Made by a program: the position numbers and the translations under genes. From the sequence record OR352938.1: a DNA stretch of 64,000 nucleotides; one strand, given 5' to 3'. Under the pieces are notes generated by a model. It was not told the origin of the DNA. It ran no database searches and worked only from the letters and a program-made list of their open reading frames with translations. The stretch comes from Escherichia phage AV108. Below are positions 27,459 to 37,508 of the stretch, in pieces. The number at the start of each line of letters is the position of its first letter. Within the stretch, counting starts at the first letter, position 1.

Positions 27459-28094
27459 TCAAGCGAATGTAGAAAGCAAATGTTTTGTTTCTTTCAGTTG
27501 TCGTTCAAGATCTTTGCGTTTCTCTTTAAGTTGCATTTTAGCATTATTTCGCTGTTTTTCAACATCTTTATCAATGCTCTTATTCCAGTTATCAATATCA
27601 GAATAAGTTGGCATACCCAATTCTAGACCTAATGCGGTTGGATACAGGGTAACAGTCCATAAACCGCTAATCTTCTTAAATAGGTCTGGGTGTAGTGTAC
27701 TATCTACATCTTCCGGTGTCAACTCTTTTTCTTCTTTCAGTGGTGGGATCTCGTCATATGGTTCCAGTGCATTTACTTTAATATCAGATACCTCATCAAA
27801 GAATCCGCGTACATCCGCAGGAAATACACAAGCAATTTCCCAACCGTGATCACGCAGAGAAGTAATATTTTTCACTCCCCCACCATGTGTGATGATTGAT
27901 GTGACATTGCCATCAAGGTCCACCGAATTTACGAGAAATGGCTTATCGTCTGTCAGATCATTATAAAACTGTGCTTCGGCTGTAGTCATCTCCAGAAACA
28001 GATCTCGGATCGGACGACCATCAGGTGCGTTACCTTCCTTGAGAGTATAAAAGCGACTTACGATCCATTTTGGCGGTAAAGCATTAGCGATCAT
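27459..28094 (-). CDS. hypothetical protein
   Basis: 211-aa ORF between genes 41 and 61; charged coiled-coil C-terminus. Confidence 0.45.
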   Translation of the reverse strand: MIANALPPKWIVSRFYTLKEGNAPDGRPIRDLFLEMTTAEAQFYNDLTDDKPFLVNSVDLDGNVTSIITHGGGVKNITSLRDHGWEIACVFPADVRGFFDEVSDIKVNALEPYDEIPPLKEEKELTPEDVDSTLHPDLFKKISGLWTVTLYPTALGLELGMPTYSDIDNWNKSIDKDVEKQRNNAKMQLKEKRKDLERQLKETKHLLSTFA

Positions 28095-28122
28095 GTTATA
28101 TCTCCTATCAAATCATTCACCA

Positions 28123-28138
28123 GCGCCCCGCAGGGCGC
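28123..28138. terminator. GC hairpin of uncertain role downstream of gene 41
   Basis: gcgccc-cgca-gggcgc; no T-run on the leftward strand, T-rich on the rightward. Confidence 0.25.
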
Positions 28139-28144
28139 ATTTTA

Positions 28145-29557
28145 TTAGAAAGTCATGTTATTTGCTAGCTCGTCGAGTTTTTCTCGTTTCTCGGCTTGCT
28201 GTGCGCTTTGTGGTTTAACTTGTGCATTCTCCTGATCTGCGATCTGGTTTGGTACTTCATACCAACGCTGATTGCCTTTCTTCACACCAACGTTAAACCG
28301 TGAATAATAGTTCTTGTCACCGTAACGAGACTTGATCTGCTTCATGAGTTGGACGCCCATTTTAGCCAGGTCTTCGGTTTCGATAACACCCAACATAAAG
28401 TCGGCAGTAGCCGGAAGACCTGCTGATTCAGCGGTATCACTCATGTTAAGGTCGGAAGCATCCCAACCCGCGCGGGTAGTCTGTGCCGCAGTCCAACCAA
28501 CAACATCCCACTTAACAAAAAATCCTCGCAGTTCTTCCGCAATCGCCTTAACTAGTGTGTAACTATTTTCAGAGTATACACGCAAGCGAGACGATGCGCA
28601 AATCCCCAGATAGTCAACAATCACAACATCAGGTTTAAACTGTTTCTTGAGTCGCAATTCATTCATTAACGCCTCAAAGTGATTGGAGTTCGCGCCACCA
28701 GTCGGATACTGCTTGATCATCAATTTTCCAACCGGACGATCTCCGATCTTCTTATTCTTAACACGCTTCATGCGTGCGGAATATTCCGCAAAAGAAACAT
28801 TACCATTATCCAATTCATCTAATGTAATGTCAAGCAAGTTTGCGTCGATACGTTTTGCTACTACATGCTCCGCCATCTCCATTGAGATATACAATACATC
28901 ATAACCACATTCCATATAATCCGCAGCAAGAGAACACAAGCCAAGCGATTTACCAACGTTTACACCAGCAAGCAACACATTTAGCGTTTTTCTTTCCGCC
29001 CCTCCTTTCGTGATTTTATTCAACATCGGCAGCTTAAACGGGATCTTATTCGCCTTAGTCTGATATAGCAAGAATCGTTTTTCAAAGTCATTAAACCAGT
29101 CATGACCTACATCAGAATCAAACGTAATGGATAGTGCTTCCTGCATGATCTCAGGAATAGCACCCTCACTCGGCAATTTCTTATTCTGTTTCTCTTTTGG
29201 TAGTTGTGCGTTCGCCTGAATCTCTAGCGCCCGTGACATTGCATTATACATAGCGCGGTCACGAATAAATTTTTCGGTTTCCTTCATTAACCAATCAAGG
29301 TCTTCCGGTGTATTCTCCAGCGAATCGAGAAGAGTTTTCGCCCCTTCATATGTTGTCTGATTTCCTCTCTCCTTGTCTAAAGCAATCTGTAATGCAGTTG
29401 GCGTAGGAATATTGGAATATTCGTCTACGTGCTTTTTAATCAGCTTATAAATCAGTTTTTCTTCGTCTTCGGTGAAGTAGTCCGCTTTAAGGTGAGGCCA
29501 TACATTCGTAAAGAATGCGCCATTGTAAATCAACTGTGAAAAGATAGTTTTAATCAT
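28145..29557 (-). CDS. 41: replicative DNA helicase (DnaB-like)
   Basis: 470 aa; Walker A GVNVGKS; RecA-like fold features; T4 gp41 size and position. Confidence 0.9.
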   Translation of the reverse strand: MIKTIFSQLIYNGAFFTNVWPHLKADYFTEDEEKLIYKLIKKHVDEYSNIPTPTALQIALDKERGNQTTYEGAKTLLDSLENTPEDLDWLMKETEKFIRDRAMYNAMSRALEIQANAQLPKEKQNKKLPSEGAIPEIMQEALSITFDSDVGHDWFNDFEKRFLLYQTKANKIPFKLPMLNKITKGGAERKTLNVLLAGVNVGKSLGLCSLAADYMECGYDVLYISMEMAEHVVAKRIDANLLDITLDELDNGNVSFAEYSARMKRVKNKKIGDRPVGKLMIKQYPTGGANSNHFEALMNELRLKKQFKPDVVIVDYLGICASSRLRVYSENSYTLVKAIAEELRGFFVKWDVVGWTAAQTTRAGWDASDLNMSDTAESAGLPATADFMLGVIETEDLAKMGVQLMKQIKSRYGDKNYYSRFNVGVKKGNQRWYEVPNQIADQENAQVKPQSAQQAEKREKLDELANNMTF

Positions 29558-29871
29558 ACATAGCCCCCAACTACACGCATAACAAAGGTCTTGAGTTTAT
29601 ACCAGAAAGTTTCTTTTTTCAACTTTTCTTCTGCTTCTTTGATCTGCGCGGTTAACGCCTTAATGACGTGTGGATATACCACATCACGATCTGACGGCGT
29701 GGAGTAGTCGACCACAATACCTTTAGTGTCTGGATCGTATTCAACATTATGAATATAGACAATATGATGCTCTCCCTCTTCATCAACAATTATCAATTCC
29801 TGAATAACTGTCTTCATTGCTTCTTGAATCAAGCTGTGTGCTTCTTCTAAACTTGTTGGTTTCTTATCCAT
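29554..29871 (-). CDS. hypothetical protein (gene 40 position)
   Basis: 105 aa between uvsX and gene 41 with hydrophobic C-terminus; positional only. Confidence 0.35.
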   Translation of the reverse strand: MDKKPTSLEEAHSLIQEAMKTVIQELIIVDEEGEHHIVYIHNVEYDPDTKGIVVDYSTPSDRDVVYPHVIKALTAQIKEAEEKLKKETFWYKLKTFVMRVVGGYV

Positions 29872-29892
29872 AATATAATCCTCTCTAGATAT

Positions 29893-29916
29893 GAAAAAGG
29901 GGCACGTAGCCCCTTT
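29893..29916 (-). terminator. intrinsic terminator after uvsX
   Basis: ggggc-acgta-gcccc hairpin followed by T-run on the leftward strand. Confidence 0.55.
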
Positions 29917-29926
29917 ACTACCATTG

Positions 29927-30997
29927 TTATGCTAACATATCTTCGATTTCTTTGTCAACTGCTTCGTCGCTGATCACTTGCCCCAGCTTATAATGATCGT
30001 TGATTGCTTCGTTAAACTTATCGTTTGTCAGAAGTGGTTTCCAGAACTCAATGCTATTGGTTTCTTTAGCACGGAACTTGCGTTCTTCGGTTTCCATCTC
30101 TCCGGTCTCGGTATTCAGGATTGAACGAGAATACCAGCCGTTTGACGGTTTCACTACCCAGCCTAACTCTACAGCCAACTCCAGCAAACCGGAATAAGGA
30201 TCGATGCCACCGCTAAATGTTACGCTAATCGGGAACTTAGATTTTTCTTTAACGGTTCGTGATTTTTCCGCATTCAGGATAAAATCATAACCAGTAATTT
30301 CGGTTCCTTCTTTCTGCTGACGACGACCAATAATGAAAACTTCATTGGCTGAATACATCGCGCCAGTACCGCCGGACATAACGGTCTTACTAAACATTTC
30401 TTGCGTTTCGTAAGTGTGGTTAATAGCGATGCACGGGATATCATTCATAGTCAGATACGGCGTAACCATACGGAACAAGCCTTTAAGTGCTTTCGCTCGC
30501 GTCATATCCTGTGCGGATTTCTCATTAATCGCGTCTTCAACTTCTTTTTTACTTGCTAAGTTACCGATTGAGTCAATAAAGATGATCACTTTATCTTCAC
30601 GGGTAATTTGCTCAAGCTGGTTCATGATTTCAAATTTAAGTTCTTCGATGTTCTTGATTGGAACATGCACCACGCGATCAGGATCTACACCCATAGATTC
30701 CAGATATGCGGAAGTAATGCCAAACTCAGAATCAAAGAACAAGCACGCCGCATCAGGATTCTGTTTCATGTATGAACTAACACAAGTTAATCCCATGTTT
30801 GATTTAAAGTGCTTAGATGGACCAGCAAAGAAAATCAGACCAGATTGAAAGCCTTTTTTAAGATCACCTGAAAACGCAATATTCAGCATCGGGATCTTAG
30901 TGCGAGTATTTGTTTTTTCGTTAAAGAAGCTGGATTTAGACAGTACCGCAGTAGTTTTCAGGGTAGAGTTCTTTTTCAGTTTTTCCAGTACAGACAT
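29927..30997 (-). CDS. uvsX: UvsX recombinase (RecA-like)
   Basis: 356 aa; Walker A FAGPSKHFKS, Walker B IIFIDSIG, RecA-core features. Confidence 0.9.
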   Translation of the reverse strand: MSVLEKLKKNSTLKTTAVLSKSSFFNEKTNTRTKIPMLNIAFSGDLKKGFQSGLIFFAGPSKHFKSNMGLTCVSSYMKQNPDAACLFFDSEFGITSAYLESMGVDPDRVVHVPIKNIEELKFEIMNQLEQITREDKVIIFIDSIGNLASKKEVEDAINEKSAQDMTRAKALKGLFRMVTPYLTMNDIPCIAINHTYETQEMFSKTVMSGGTGAMYSANEVFIIGRRQQKEGTEITGYDFILNAEKSRTVKEKSKFPISVTFSGGIDPYSGLLELAVELGWVVKPSNGWYSRSILNTETGEMETEERKFRAKETNSIEFWKPLLTNDKFNEAINDHYKLGQVISDEAVDKEIEDMLA

Positions 30998-31008
30998 TAT
31001 TAATACCT

Positions 31009-31197
31009 CTATTCAGTTAATCCGTAATACTTTAATTGCTTCATTGTTATTCGATCTTTGTAGTGCTCTTGAATTAACTTTTTCATCGCATCAACATCGA
31101 TCGTCACAAATACTTCGTTGCTGTGATTTCCGTGAACTTTCTTGAAATGCTCTATGCCTTCCTCACGTTCACGTTTAATCTTTTCAATGTCTCTCAT
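31009..31197 (-). CDS. hypothetical small protein
   Basis: About 62 aa from MRDIEKIK; the only ORF between uvsX and gene 43. Confidence 0.3.
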   Translation of the reverse strand: MRDIEKIKREREEGIEHFKKVHGNHSNEVFVTIDVDAMKKLIQEHYKDRITMKQLKYYGLTE

Positions 31198-31241
31198 AGT
31201 ATATTTCTCACGTTGGCGGGTATCGTCACCCAACACCCGCC

Positions 31242-31269
31242 ATTATACACACTTTATCTTAAATGTCAA
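31242..31269 (-). promoter_or_regulatory. sigma70-type early promoter followed by 5' hairpin
   Basis: TTGACA-N16-TATAAT, then stable hairpin ggcgggt...acccgcc at about 31215-31241. Confidence 0.45.
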
Positions 31270-33937
31270 ACAGGTCAGTCAGAGAAGCAACTTTTTCATA
31301 TTGCAGCTTTGCAGCCGTGGTAATGTTCTCCAGTGGTTTGACGAAAGTCTTATTAAACAACAAAGGCCAGTCTAACCACTTTAACACCTCTGATTCAATT
31401 TCTGGTGGAATACGAGTACCAGACAACCAACCAAAACAGATTTCTCCAAACGGATTTCGATCTTTAAGCGGTACAATCATAACCTTCTCGCCTTCACGAA
31501 TCGGATCTAGTCCGAATTTTCGAGCATTACGATTATAACACAATACACTCTTAACCGCATACGGACAACCCTTAATCGGATACCCGTTTGAATCGCTGTA
31601 TTTCTGTAGGTTGTTTGCAGATGATACCGCAGCAACCTCAAGATAGTCAAGTTTTCTAAACTCTTGCTCAAAAATACCGTAGTATTCCTGCAATGACTCT
31701 TCCCCTTCCTGCAACATACGGCGAATACATTCTTTCAGTGATTTCTGACATGCTTTAGGGGTAGAGCTACGTTGCGTTTCCAATCCCATGATTTTTAGCT
31801 TAGGTTCAGCAAAGCGCGTTCCTTCCATATCCCAAACATTAAGAGCATAGCGTTTTTTACCCGTCCAGAATCCACCGATACCCGCAGATTTCAACGGAGG
31901 ACCAGCAATTGCCTCACGGTCCATAAACATCAAGTGCTCGTAGTTGTTCATGTACTCGCATAACTCGCGATATCCCTTGTCGATAATAGGTTCCATTCGA
32001 TGTTTACCGAAATTATCAAGGAAGTCAACAAGTTTTTCGGTATCATCGAAACGGTCTTCCCCGCCAACCTTATCAACAACATTGTTAACCAGCACATAAA
32101 CGGAGTCAGTATCACAATAACGAACATATGCAAAATCAGTTGTTCCACAAAGCTCGTTTAAGTATTCGTTAATCTTACGCTCAATCCACTGAATTGCAAG
32201 CTGACCGAACAGTGTGATCGCACTAGCGTTACGGAGATCATAAAAACGGAATTTAGGATTCCCCAACGCACCATAAAGGGAGTTGATCAAAACTTTTCGA
32301 GAAAGCTGGTTTGTATTGCACAAGATCGACTCGTCTTTACATTCTTCCAGCAATTTCTCTAAGGCATCTTTACTTAATGCAGAAAGCATCGATTTAAACG
32401 CTTCATCAAAGTCGTGACGCACTTCAACGCTATAGCTAATGGTTCCCCCATAAACATGATTTTCATCGTGTAGAATCGCTTTACATAGTTCAGCATTGCG
32501 ATCACATGCCAACATCATGTTTTTGTACTGCTTGCGCTGGTCGAATACCTTTTTAATCTCAATCGGTACGATACCATGAATATCTTTTCGATACATCCAC
32601 CCGTTAGGCGAGCAAGAATACTCATCACTCGGACGTGGTGCAGTTTTATTGATATATTCGTGCATCGGTGCAGCATCAAAAGATCCAGCGATTGTTTCAG
32701 GCGAAATATTAACCTGTCGAATAATAGATGGGTACAGACTTGTTAAGTCAAAGCTCATCATCCAACGGTAAGCATTCGGCACAGGTTCTTTTACGAATGC
32801 GCCCGGATAGGTCTGCTTAGGCTGTATCTTGTTCTCTGGTACTACTTTACCCTCAGCTTTCAGAGATCCGAAGATAATAGCATCCCATACTTTCATCGGG
32901 TTATAAACATGGTTAAATTTAATCTTTGCATAGAAACATAGGCTATACACCAGATCAATAAAACCACGCTTTTTATCAATCGCCAGAACACGATCAACGT
33001 CGCCGATGTTATAATCGATGTAAAGTTGATGGTTGTCATCACGCAATTTCTTTAACGGACCATCATAATCAACCTTACCTATTCCGGTCTCATATTCAGC
33101 AACATAATCTAAGGCATATGTTGGTTGAGTCGTAAAGCTAAATTTCTTGTATAAGTCAATGTAATCAAGGCTTTCGATCCCCATGATCGTAAAGGCTTCA
33201 CGCTCGTTGCCAAAATCATCCTGTGAGATTCGGGATTTAATCTTACCGCACGGGCTTAGACGGTTGGCGGTTCTACTTCCGAACTTATTACTGATACGTT
33301 TAATGATATACGGAATATCGAATGTTTCTGTGTTCCAGCCAGTGAAACCAACGGGTCGGTTTTCCTCAAAGAATCGGATGTATTCTAACAGCAATTCATC
33401 TTCTGTGTCATAAACGTTATAAACAACGCGCTCTACAATATCAGGTCGAAGAATAGACTTGCTTGCTTCCCAGATTTCACCGTTTTTTCCTTTCAAATCA
33501 AATACAAAGAAACGATCATGTACGGAATCATAATGCGTAATTGCATCGATAGGATATTTCGCTTCTTCTGGTTTAGGAAATTCCGGTGCAGTGACCTCGA
33601 TATCAACCCATGCTACACGGATTTTATTTCGGTCATATCGAATCTCGCCTTTATATGTATCGGACAGATAGGAGATGATAAAATCATCCATCCCTAGTGC
33701 CTCCTGCCCCATTTCTCCCATCTTTTTACGCCATTTGTTGGCCTCGTTCATAGATGGGAATTTTTTAGCAATGCAAGGCTTGCCATAGATATCTTTATAA
33801 TTCGTAACCATACCAGGCGCGGCATGATGAAATAAAGTTGGCGTATATTCAACGTAACGCTCTTGTTCTTGTCCAGCATCATCAATATAACGCTCGTAGA
33901 TCTTATCACCCACTCGCTCACATGACAGAAAATACAT
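31259..33937 (-). CDS. 43: DNA polymerase (family B)
   Basis: Exo motifs, YGG region, Pol C motif CDTDS; start placed at MYFLSCERVGDKIYERYID by alignment to the T4 gp43 N-terminus; track ORF extends 10 codons into the leader. Confidence 0.95.
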   Translation of the reverse strand: MYFLSCERVGDKIYERYIDDAGQEQERYVEYTPTLFHHAAPGMVTNYKDIYGKPCIAKKFPSMNEANKWRKKMGEMGQEALGMDDFIISYLSDTYKGEIRYDRNKIRVAWVDIEVTAPEFPKPEEAKYPIDAITHYDSVHDRFFVFDLKGKNGEIWEASKSILRPDIVERVVYNVYDTEDELLLEYIRFFEENRPVGFTGWNTETFDIPYIIKRISNKFGSRTANRLSPCGKIKSRISQDDFGNEREAFTIMGIESLDYIDLYKKFSFTTQPTYALDYVAEYETGIGKVDYDGPLKKLRDDNHQLYIDYNIGDVDRVLAIDKKRGFIDLVYSLCFYAKIKFNHVYNPMKVWDAIIFGSLKAEGKVVPENKIQPKQTYPGAFVKEPVPNAYRWMMSFDLTSLYPSIIRQVNISPETIAGSFDAAPMHEYINKTAPRPSDEYSCSPNGWMYRKDIHGIVPIEIKKVFDQRKQYKNMMLACDRNAELCKAILHDENHVYGGTISYSVEVRHDFDEAFKSMLSALSKDALEKLLEECKDESILCNTNQLSRKVLINSLYGALGNPKFRFYDLRNASAITLFGQLAIQWIERKINEYLNELCGTTDFAYVRYCDTDSVYVLVNNVVDKVGGEDRFDDTEKLVDFLDNFGKHRMEPIIDKGYRELCEYMNNYEHLMFMDREAIAGPPLKSAGIGGFWTGKKRYALNVWDMEGTRFAEPKLKIMGLETQRSSTPKACQKSLKECIRRMLQEGEESLQEYYGIFEQEFRKLDYLEVAAVSSANNLQKYSDSNGYPIKGCPYAVKSVLCYNRNARKFGLDPIREGEKVMIVPLKDRNPFGEICFGWLSGTRIPPEIESEVLKWLDWPLLFNKTFVKPLENITTAAKLQYEKVASLTDLFDI

Positions 33938-33969
33938 AATATAAACTCCTTCACTTACGAAAGACACTC

Positions 33970-33998
33970 ATTATAGGGGAATCGACTTAGTTTGTCAA
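33970..33998 (-). promoter_or_regulatory. sigma70-type promoter of gene 43
   Basis: TTGACA-N17-TATAAT; AAGGAG RBS 7 nt before the proposed start. Confidence 0.55.
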
Positions 33999-34019
33999 TA
34001 CCCCTATCCCATCAGTATC

Positions 34020-34382
34020 TTAGCGTCCGATCTGATATTTCTCGATCAGCGTCCACTCTTCTTTCTGTTTGAAAGACAGTACACGGAAATTATTAACTTC
34101 GGTAGTTTCAAAATCACTATCAATCAGGGTACACAGATTCCACTGCGCAAGAAGTTTTGCAATGTTATTACGGCGCAATTCATCTTCCCACGTCATCTTA
34201 ACACTACGACCATCTAATTTCAACAACTCCTTGAAATGAACGATGTAATAGCGCCCTTTCTTCTGGAGAATATGACAAGACTGATACAGAGTCTTGTCTC
34301 GATTGTTGGCAATGCCGCAGCGGGTTAAAGTCTCCTTAATTTTAAGGAAGTTTTCAGGACTAATCAAATTAATTTCAATCAT
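34020..34382 (-). CDS. regA: translational repressor RegA
   Basis: Near-identical motifs to T4 RegA (TLTRCGIANNRDKTLYQSCHILQKKGRYYIVHFKE; NNFRVLSFKQKEEW). Confidence 0.9.
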   Translation of the reverse strand: MIEINLISPENFLKIKETLTRCGIANNRDKTLYQSCHILQKKGRYYIVHFKELLKLDGRSVKMTWEDELRRNNIAKLLAQWNLCTLIDSDFETTEVNNFRVLSFKQKEEWTLIEKYQIGR

Positions 34383-34383
34383 T

Positions 34384-34962
34384 TTACCACCTTTCTATAA
34401 TCTTTTTAAGTCGTTTCCTTTCTGTCTGATTCTTAGTAACACCCGCCAAAAGTTCATCGGTCGCATACGGTTTAATGTGCTTCAATAACTTGTCCATATA
34501 TCCCTTTTCATTAGCCAAATCGAGATAAAACCTGGCGTCATCCATATTTACACAATATGCTTTCGCCACTGCCATTAAAACCAATTTTTGGTCCAATTCT
34601 TCTGTTAGTTTAGCCCATTTACCGTATCGTTTCCCCTTAGAAATACTCTGTAAGAGATAATCAAAATGCATTTGATCTGGGAGGCCATGACCGATTAAAT
34701 TCATCACATACGAGCTATATAGGCAATCTGCGTGCTGGGAAAGAGCGGTGTTAATCCATCTCTGGTTATATGCAGAATTATTCCCAACATTAACGCGCTG
34801 TTTATCTAAGGTGATATGATCCATCAGAGCAAATAATGCATTGTCGGTTTTCTCGGTGAACGTGTCCGCTAGTTCAGACACTTTTTCCCAATCACGAGAG
34901 CGCCATGCAATTTCATGCTCGTTTAATTGTGTATCATCTTCACCGAAAAATTGACCTAACAT
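34384..34962 (-). CDS. 62: clamp loader small subunit
   Basis: 192 aa between regA and gene 44; T4 gp62 size and position. Confidence 0.7.
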   Translation of the reverse strand: MLGQFFGEDDTQLNEHEIAWRSRDWEKVSELADTFTEKTDNALFALMDHITLDKQRVNVGNNSAYNQRWINTALSQHADCLYSSYVMNLIGHGLPDQMHFDYLLQSISKGKRYGKWAKLTEELDQKLVLMAVAKAYCVNMDDARFYLDLANEKGYMDKLLKHIKPYATDELLAGVTKNQTERKRLKKIIERW

Positions 34963-35951
34963 TATACGAACTCCAATTCAACCATTAATTGCATTAACAA
35001 AAAGACAATGTGAATCTCTTTATCAGCCGCGTGCGCAAACATCTGATTATTTTCACCGATAATCTCAGTGAGACGAATAATAGAAGCTGGCTTAACTTGA
35101 GTATACAACTCATTATAAAGTTTCTTGACAAATTGAGCGTATGTATTGGTATAGCGTGGCGCGAGTTTACGCACATTAGCAAACTGTTTAGTTTTAAGTG
35201 CTTCCACCACATCGGTTACTTCGGTATTGCTACTTTCGATAACCATGCTCAATACGCCAGCATCAATTTTACCATGTTTAGCGTAGCGGTCCAAAAGTTT
35301 CATTACGCGCCGGAAGTCTGGGAAGTTCTGCTTAACCAGTTCCGCCAATACGCGCATTTCTTCTACTGGCACACCTTCTTTATCAAGAATTGCTTTACAC
35401 CGGACGATCATTTCTTTCATCATGCGAAGCTGATCATCTTTAGTCGGAGATCCAAACGTGATGGGATCAAATCGAGATCGTAACGCCGGGATAATACCTT
35501 CTAGATCGTTTGCTGTGATAATGAATGTTACATTGTTTGAGTATGCCTCAGAGAAACTACGCAAGTGTCTTTGAGCGTCAGCCAACCCCGCTCGGTCATA
35601 CTCATCGATAATAACAACTTTGCCTTTTTCTCGTTTTTCTTCATCGAGTGATACACTCTGCGCAAAGCGTGTAATCTCATCGCGGATAAAATCAATCTTA
35701 CAATCTGCGCCGTTAACAAACAGATAATCAACACCCACATCTTCGCAAAGCGCCTTAGCAACGGTTGTTTTACCAGTACCCGGCGATGGGCTATGCAGAA
35801 TCATTGAAGGGATTCGGCCTTGCTTAACAATCTGCGCGAAGATCTTTTTATCTGCTTCCGGCAGAATACATTCAGAAATTGATTTCGGACGGTATTTCTG
35901 TTCCCACTGAAACTCATTTTCATTAACACTCAGCATATAATCACCTCTCAC
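34962..35951 (-). CDS. 44: clamp loader large subunit (AAA+)
   Basis: WEQKYRP, Walker A SPSPGTGKTT, DEYD, SRF sensor motif. Confidence 0.9.
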   Translation of the reverse strand: MRGDYMLSVNENEFQWEQKYRPKSISECILPEADKKIFAQIVKQGRIPSMILHSPSPGTGKTTVAKALCEDVGVDYLFVNGADCKIDFIRDEITRFAQSVSLDEEKREKGKVVIIDEYDRAGLADAQRHLRSFSEAYSNNVTFIITANDLEGIIPALRSRFDPITFGSPTKDDQLRMMKEMIVRCKAILDKEGVPVEEMRVLAELVKQNFPDFRRVMKLLDRYAKHGKIDAGVLSMVIESSNTEVTDVVEALKTKQFANVRKLAPRYTNTYAQFVKKLYNELYTQVKPASIIRLTEIIGENNQMFAHAADKEIHIVFLLMQLMVELEFV

Positions 35952-35964
35952 AAATTACATCATT

Positions 35965-35989
35965 AAAAAGGGGAGTATTTACACTCCCC
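35965..35989 (-). terminator. intrinsic terminator between genes 45 and 44
   Basis: ggggagt-atttac-actcccc hairpin followed by TTTTT on the leftward strand. Confidence 0.5.
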
Positions 35990-36001
35990 ACAAACATTAT
36001 A

Positions 36002-36691
36002 TTAGTCGGTGTAGCTGGAGTCAAGGTCACACGCGATCATATAAGATACGGTTTCACTTGCCAGCCATACAGCCTTACGGCGAGTGAAGCTCAGTTTGTA
36101 ATCGCCGAAGTCAGTAGCAACCAGTTTCATGTTATCTTTACGAATAAAGAAATGGAAGTCTGCGGTTCCGGTATATTCGCCCATATCAAGACAAAACATC
36201 TCATTAGGATTATTTTTGTCAATCTCTTCCCAACCTTTGATCATCAGACGACCATCAATCGGAAGAAATTCAAGGCGATCCACTTTAAGCTGATTGCTCA
36301 TTTTCATAAGCTGTTTCAGATCGTCGTTGCTCAGTTCGTAATCTACATCGCTTGCAGGTGGAGTAACTCGGCCTTTCGGTGATACGATAGCAGCAGCACT
36401 AGCACCTGGATAATTAATTTTCAGACGATCATTAGACACACGAATGTTACCAGTGCGGTCATCAACCGTAATATCTGCTTCATCGCCTACCAGATTCAGA
36501 ATACCCAAGAAAGAGTTAAGATCATAGATCCCAATTTCGTGTTCCAGTTCTTGATTCAGAGTCGCTTCACCATAGACAACGTTTGTCATGTTTTTGGTGA
36601 TCAGGACGTTTCCTTTTTTCAGGATGATACCTGGGTTAATAGCGGAAAAGTTTTTCAGGGTAGCAATGGTTTCTTTAGTCAGTTTCATCAA
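36002..36691 (-). CDS. 45: sliding clamp
   Basis: 229 aa; N-terminus MKLTKETIATLKNFSAINPGIILK matches T4 gp45. Confidence 0.9.
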   Translation of the reverse strand: MMKLTKETIATLKNFSAINPGIILKKGNVLITKNMTNVVYGEATLNQELEHEIGIYDLNSFLGILNLVGDEADITVDDRTGNIRVSNDRLKINYPGASAAAIVSPKGRVTPPASDVDYELSNDDLKQLMKMSNQLKVDRLEFLPIDGRLMIKGWEEIDKNNPNEMFCLDMGEYTGTADFHFFIRKDNMKLVATDFGDYKLSFTRRKAVWLASETVSYMIACDLDSSYTD

Positions 36692-36718
36692 ATCACCTTT
36701 ATCATGTTAATCAATTAA

Positions 36719-37117
36719 TTACGGGTTTACTTCGTGCTCATTTTGAATCTTTAGCATTCTTTCGATAAATTTTTTCTCGGCTTCCTTGTCGGATGAGTGA
36801 GTATACTTCAATCCAATGTAAGCTGTCAAGTATTGTTGCAGAGCATAGACAGTAACAGGATTCTTTGCGGTCTTTTTGCCGTCGAGATATACCAGATCAC
36901 CACGAACATCAAACGCAAGTTTACGACGAATCACATCATCAACAAATTTATCTAGAACAAAATACCACTCAATACACTCTATCCCGTGACGGTAGTTCAT
37001 TACATCATTATCTTTGATATAGTCAAACGGAATATGACATAATTTACTATTTTGTAGGATGAATAGCATTTGTTCTTTTAAGCTCATACGTTTCATTCTA
37101 TCACTTCCCATCAGCAA
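36719..37117 (-). CDS. RNA polymerase-binding protein RpbA-like (positional)
   Basis: 132 aa immediately upstream of gene 45 as T4 rpbA; no sequence confirmation. Confidence 0.4.
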   Translation of the reverse strand: MLMGSDRMKRMSLKEQMLFILQNSKLCHIPFDYIKDNDVMNYRHGIECIEWYFVLDKFVDDVIRRKLAFDVRGDLVYLDGKKTAKNPVTVYALQQYLTAYIGLKYTHSSDKEAEKKFIERMLKIQNEHEVNP

Positions 37118-37493
37118 TTGCGATCAGACGAGTTACTACTACGCTAGCGGCTTCAATCAGCAGTTCATCAGTGTCAATCTGATAACCTTTTTCGAGAATA
37201 TCTTTACCTCGAACAGTTTTAGAGCCTTTAGCAATTGAATCATCGTAATACTTGCGCATTGCAGCGATCCATTCTTTTTGCACCATATCATCAATATGCG
37301 CGTACAGTTCAAAGCGTGTTTGCTGCGGGATAACCTTCATTTTAGCTTTCTCGCTTTCCGGCATTTGTAGTACCCACGCTTTACGGATCTTGTTCATTGC
37401 TCGGTCAAATTCGAGGCTGGTTTTCTTGTTCTGAATGTCTGCTACAGTAATTTTAGCCAGGTTTGCGGAAGTAGTCATAATATTAATCTCCAA
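37101..37493 (-). CDS. hypothetical protein
   Basis: 130-aa ORF between gene 46 and the rpbA position. Confidence 0.4.
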   Translation of the reverse strand: MEINIMTTSANLAKITVADIQNKKTSLEFDRAMNKIRKAWVLQMPESEKAKMKVIPQQTRFELYAHIDDMVQKEWIAAMRKYYDDSIAKGSKTVRGKDILEKGYQIDTDELLIEAASVVVTRLIAIADGK

Positions 37494-37508
37494 AATAAAA
37501 TCAGTATA

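Noticed and set aside
36001-36030. TTGACT-like hexamer upstream of the gene 45-44 terminator as a possible promoter
   Set aside because: Spacing to the nearest TATAAT-like hexamer is about 20 nt, too long for a sigma70 promoter
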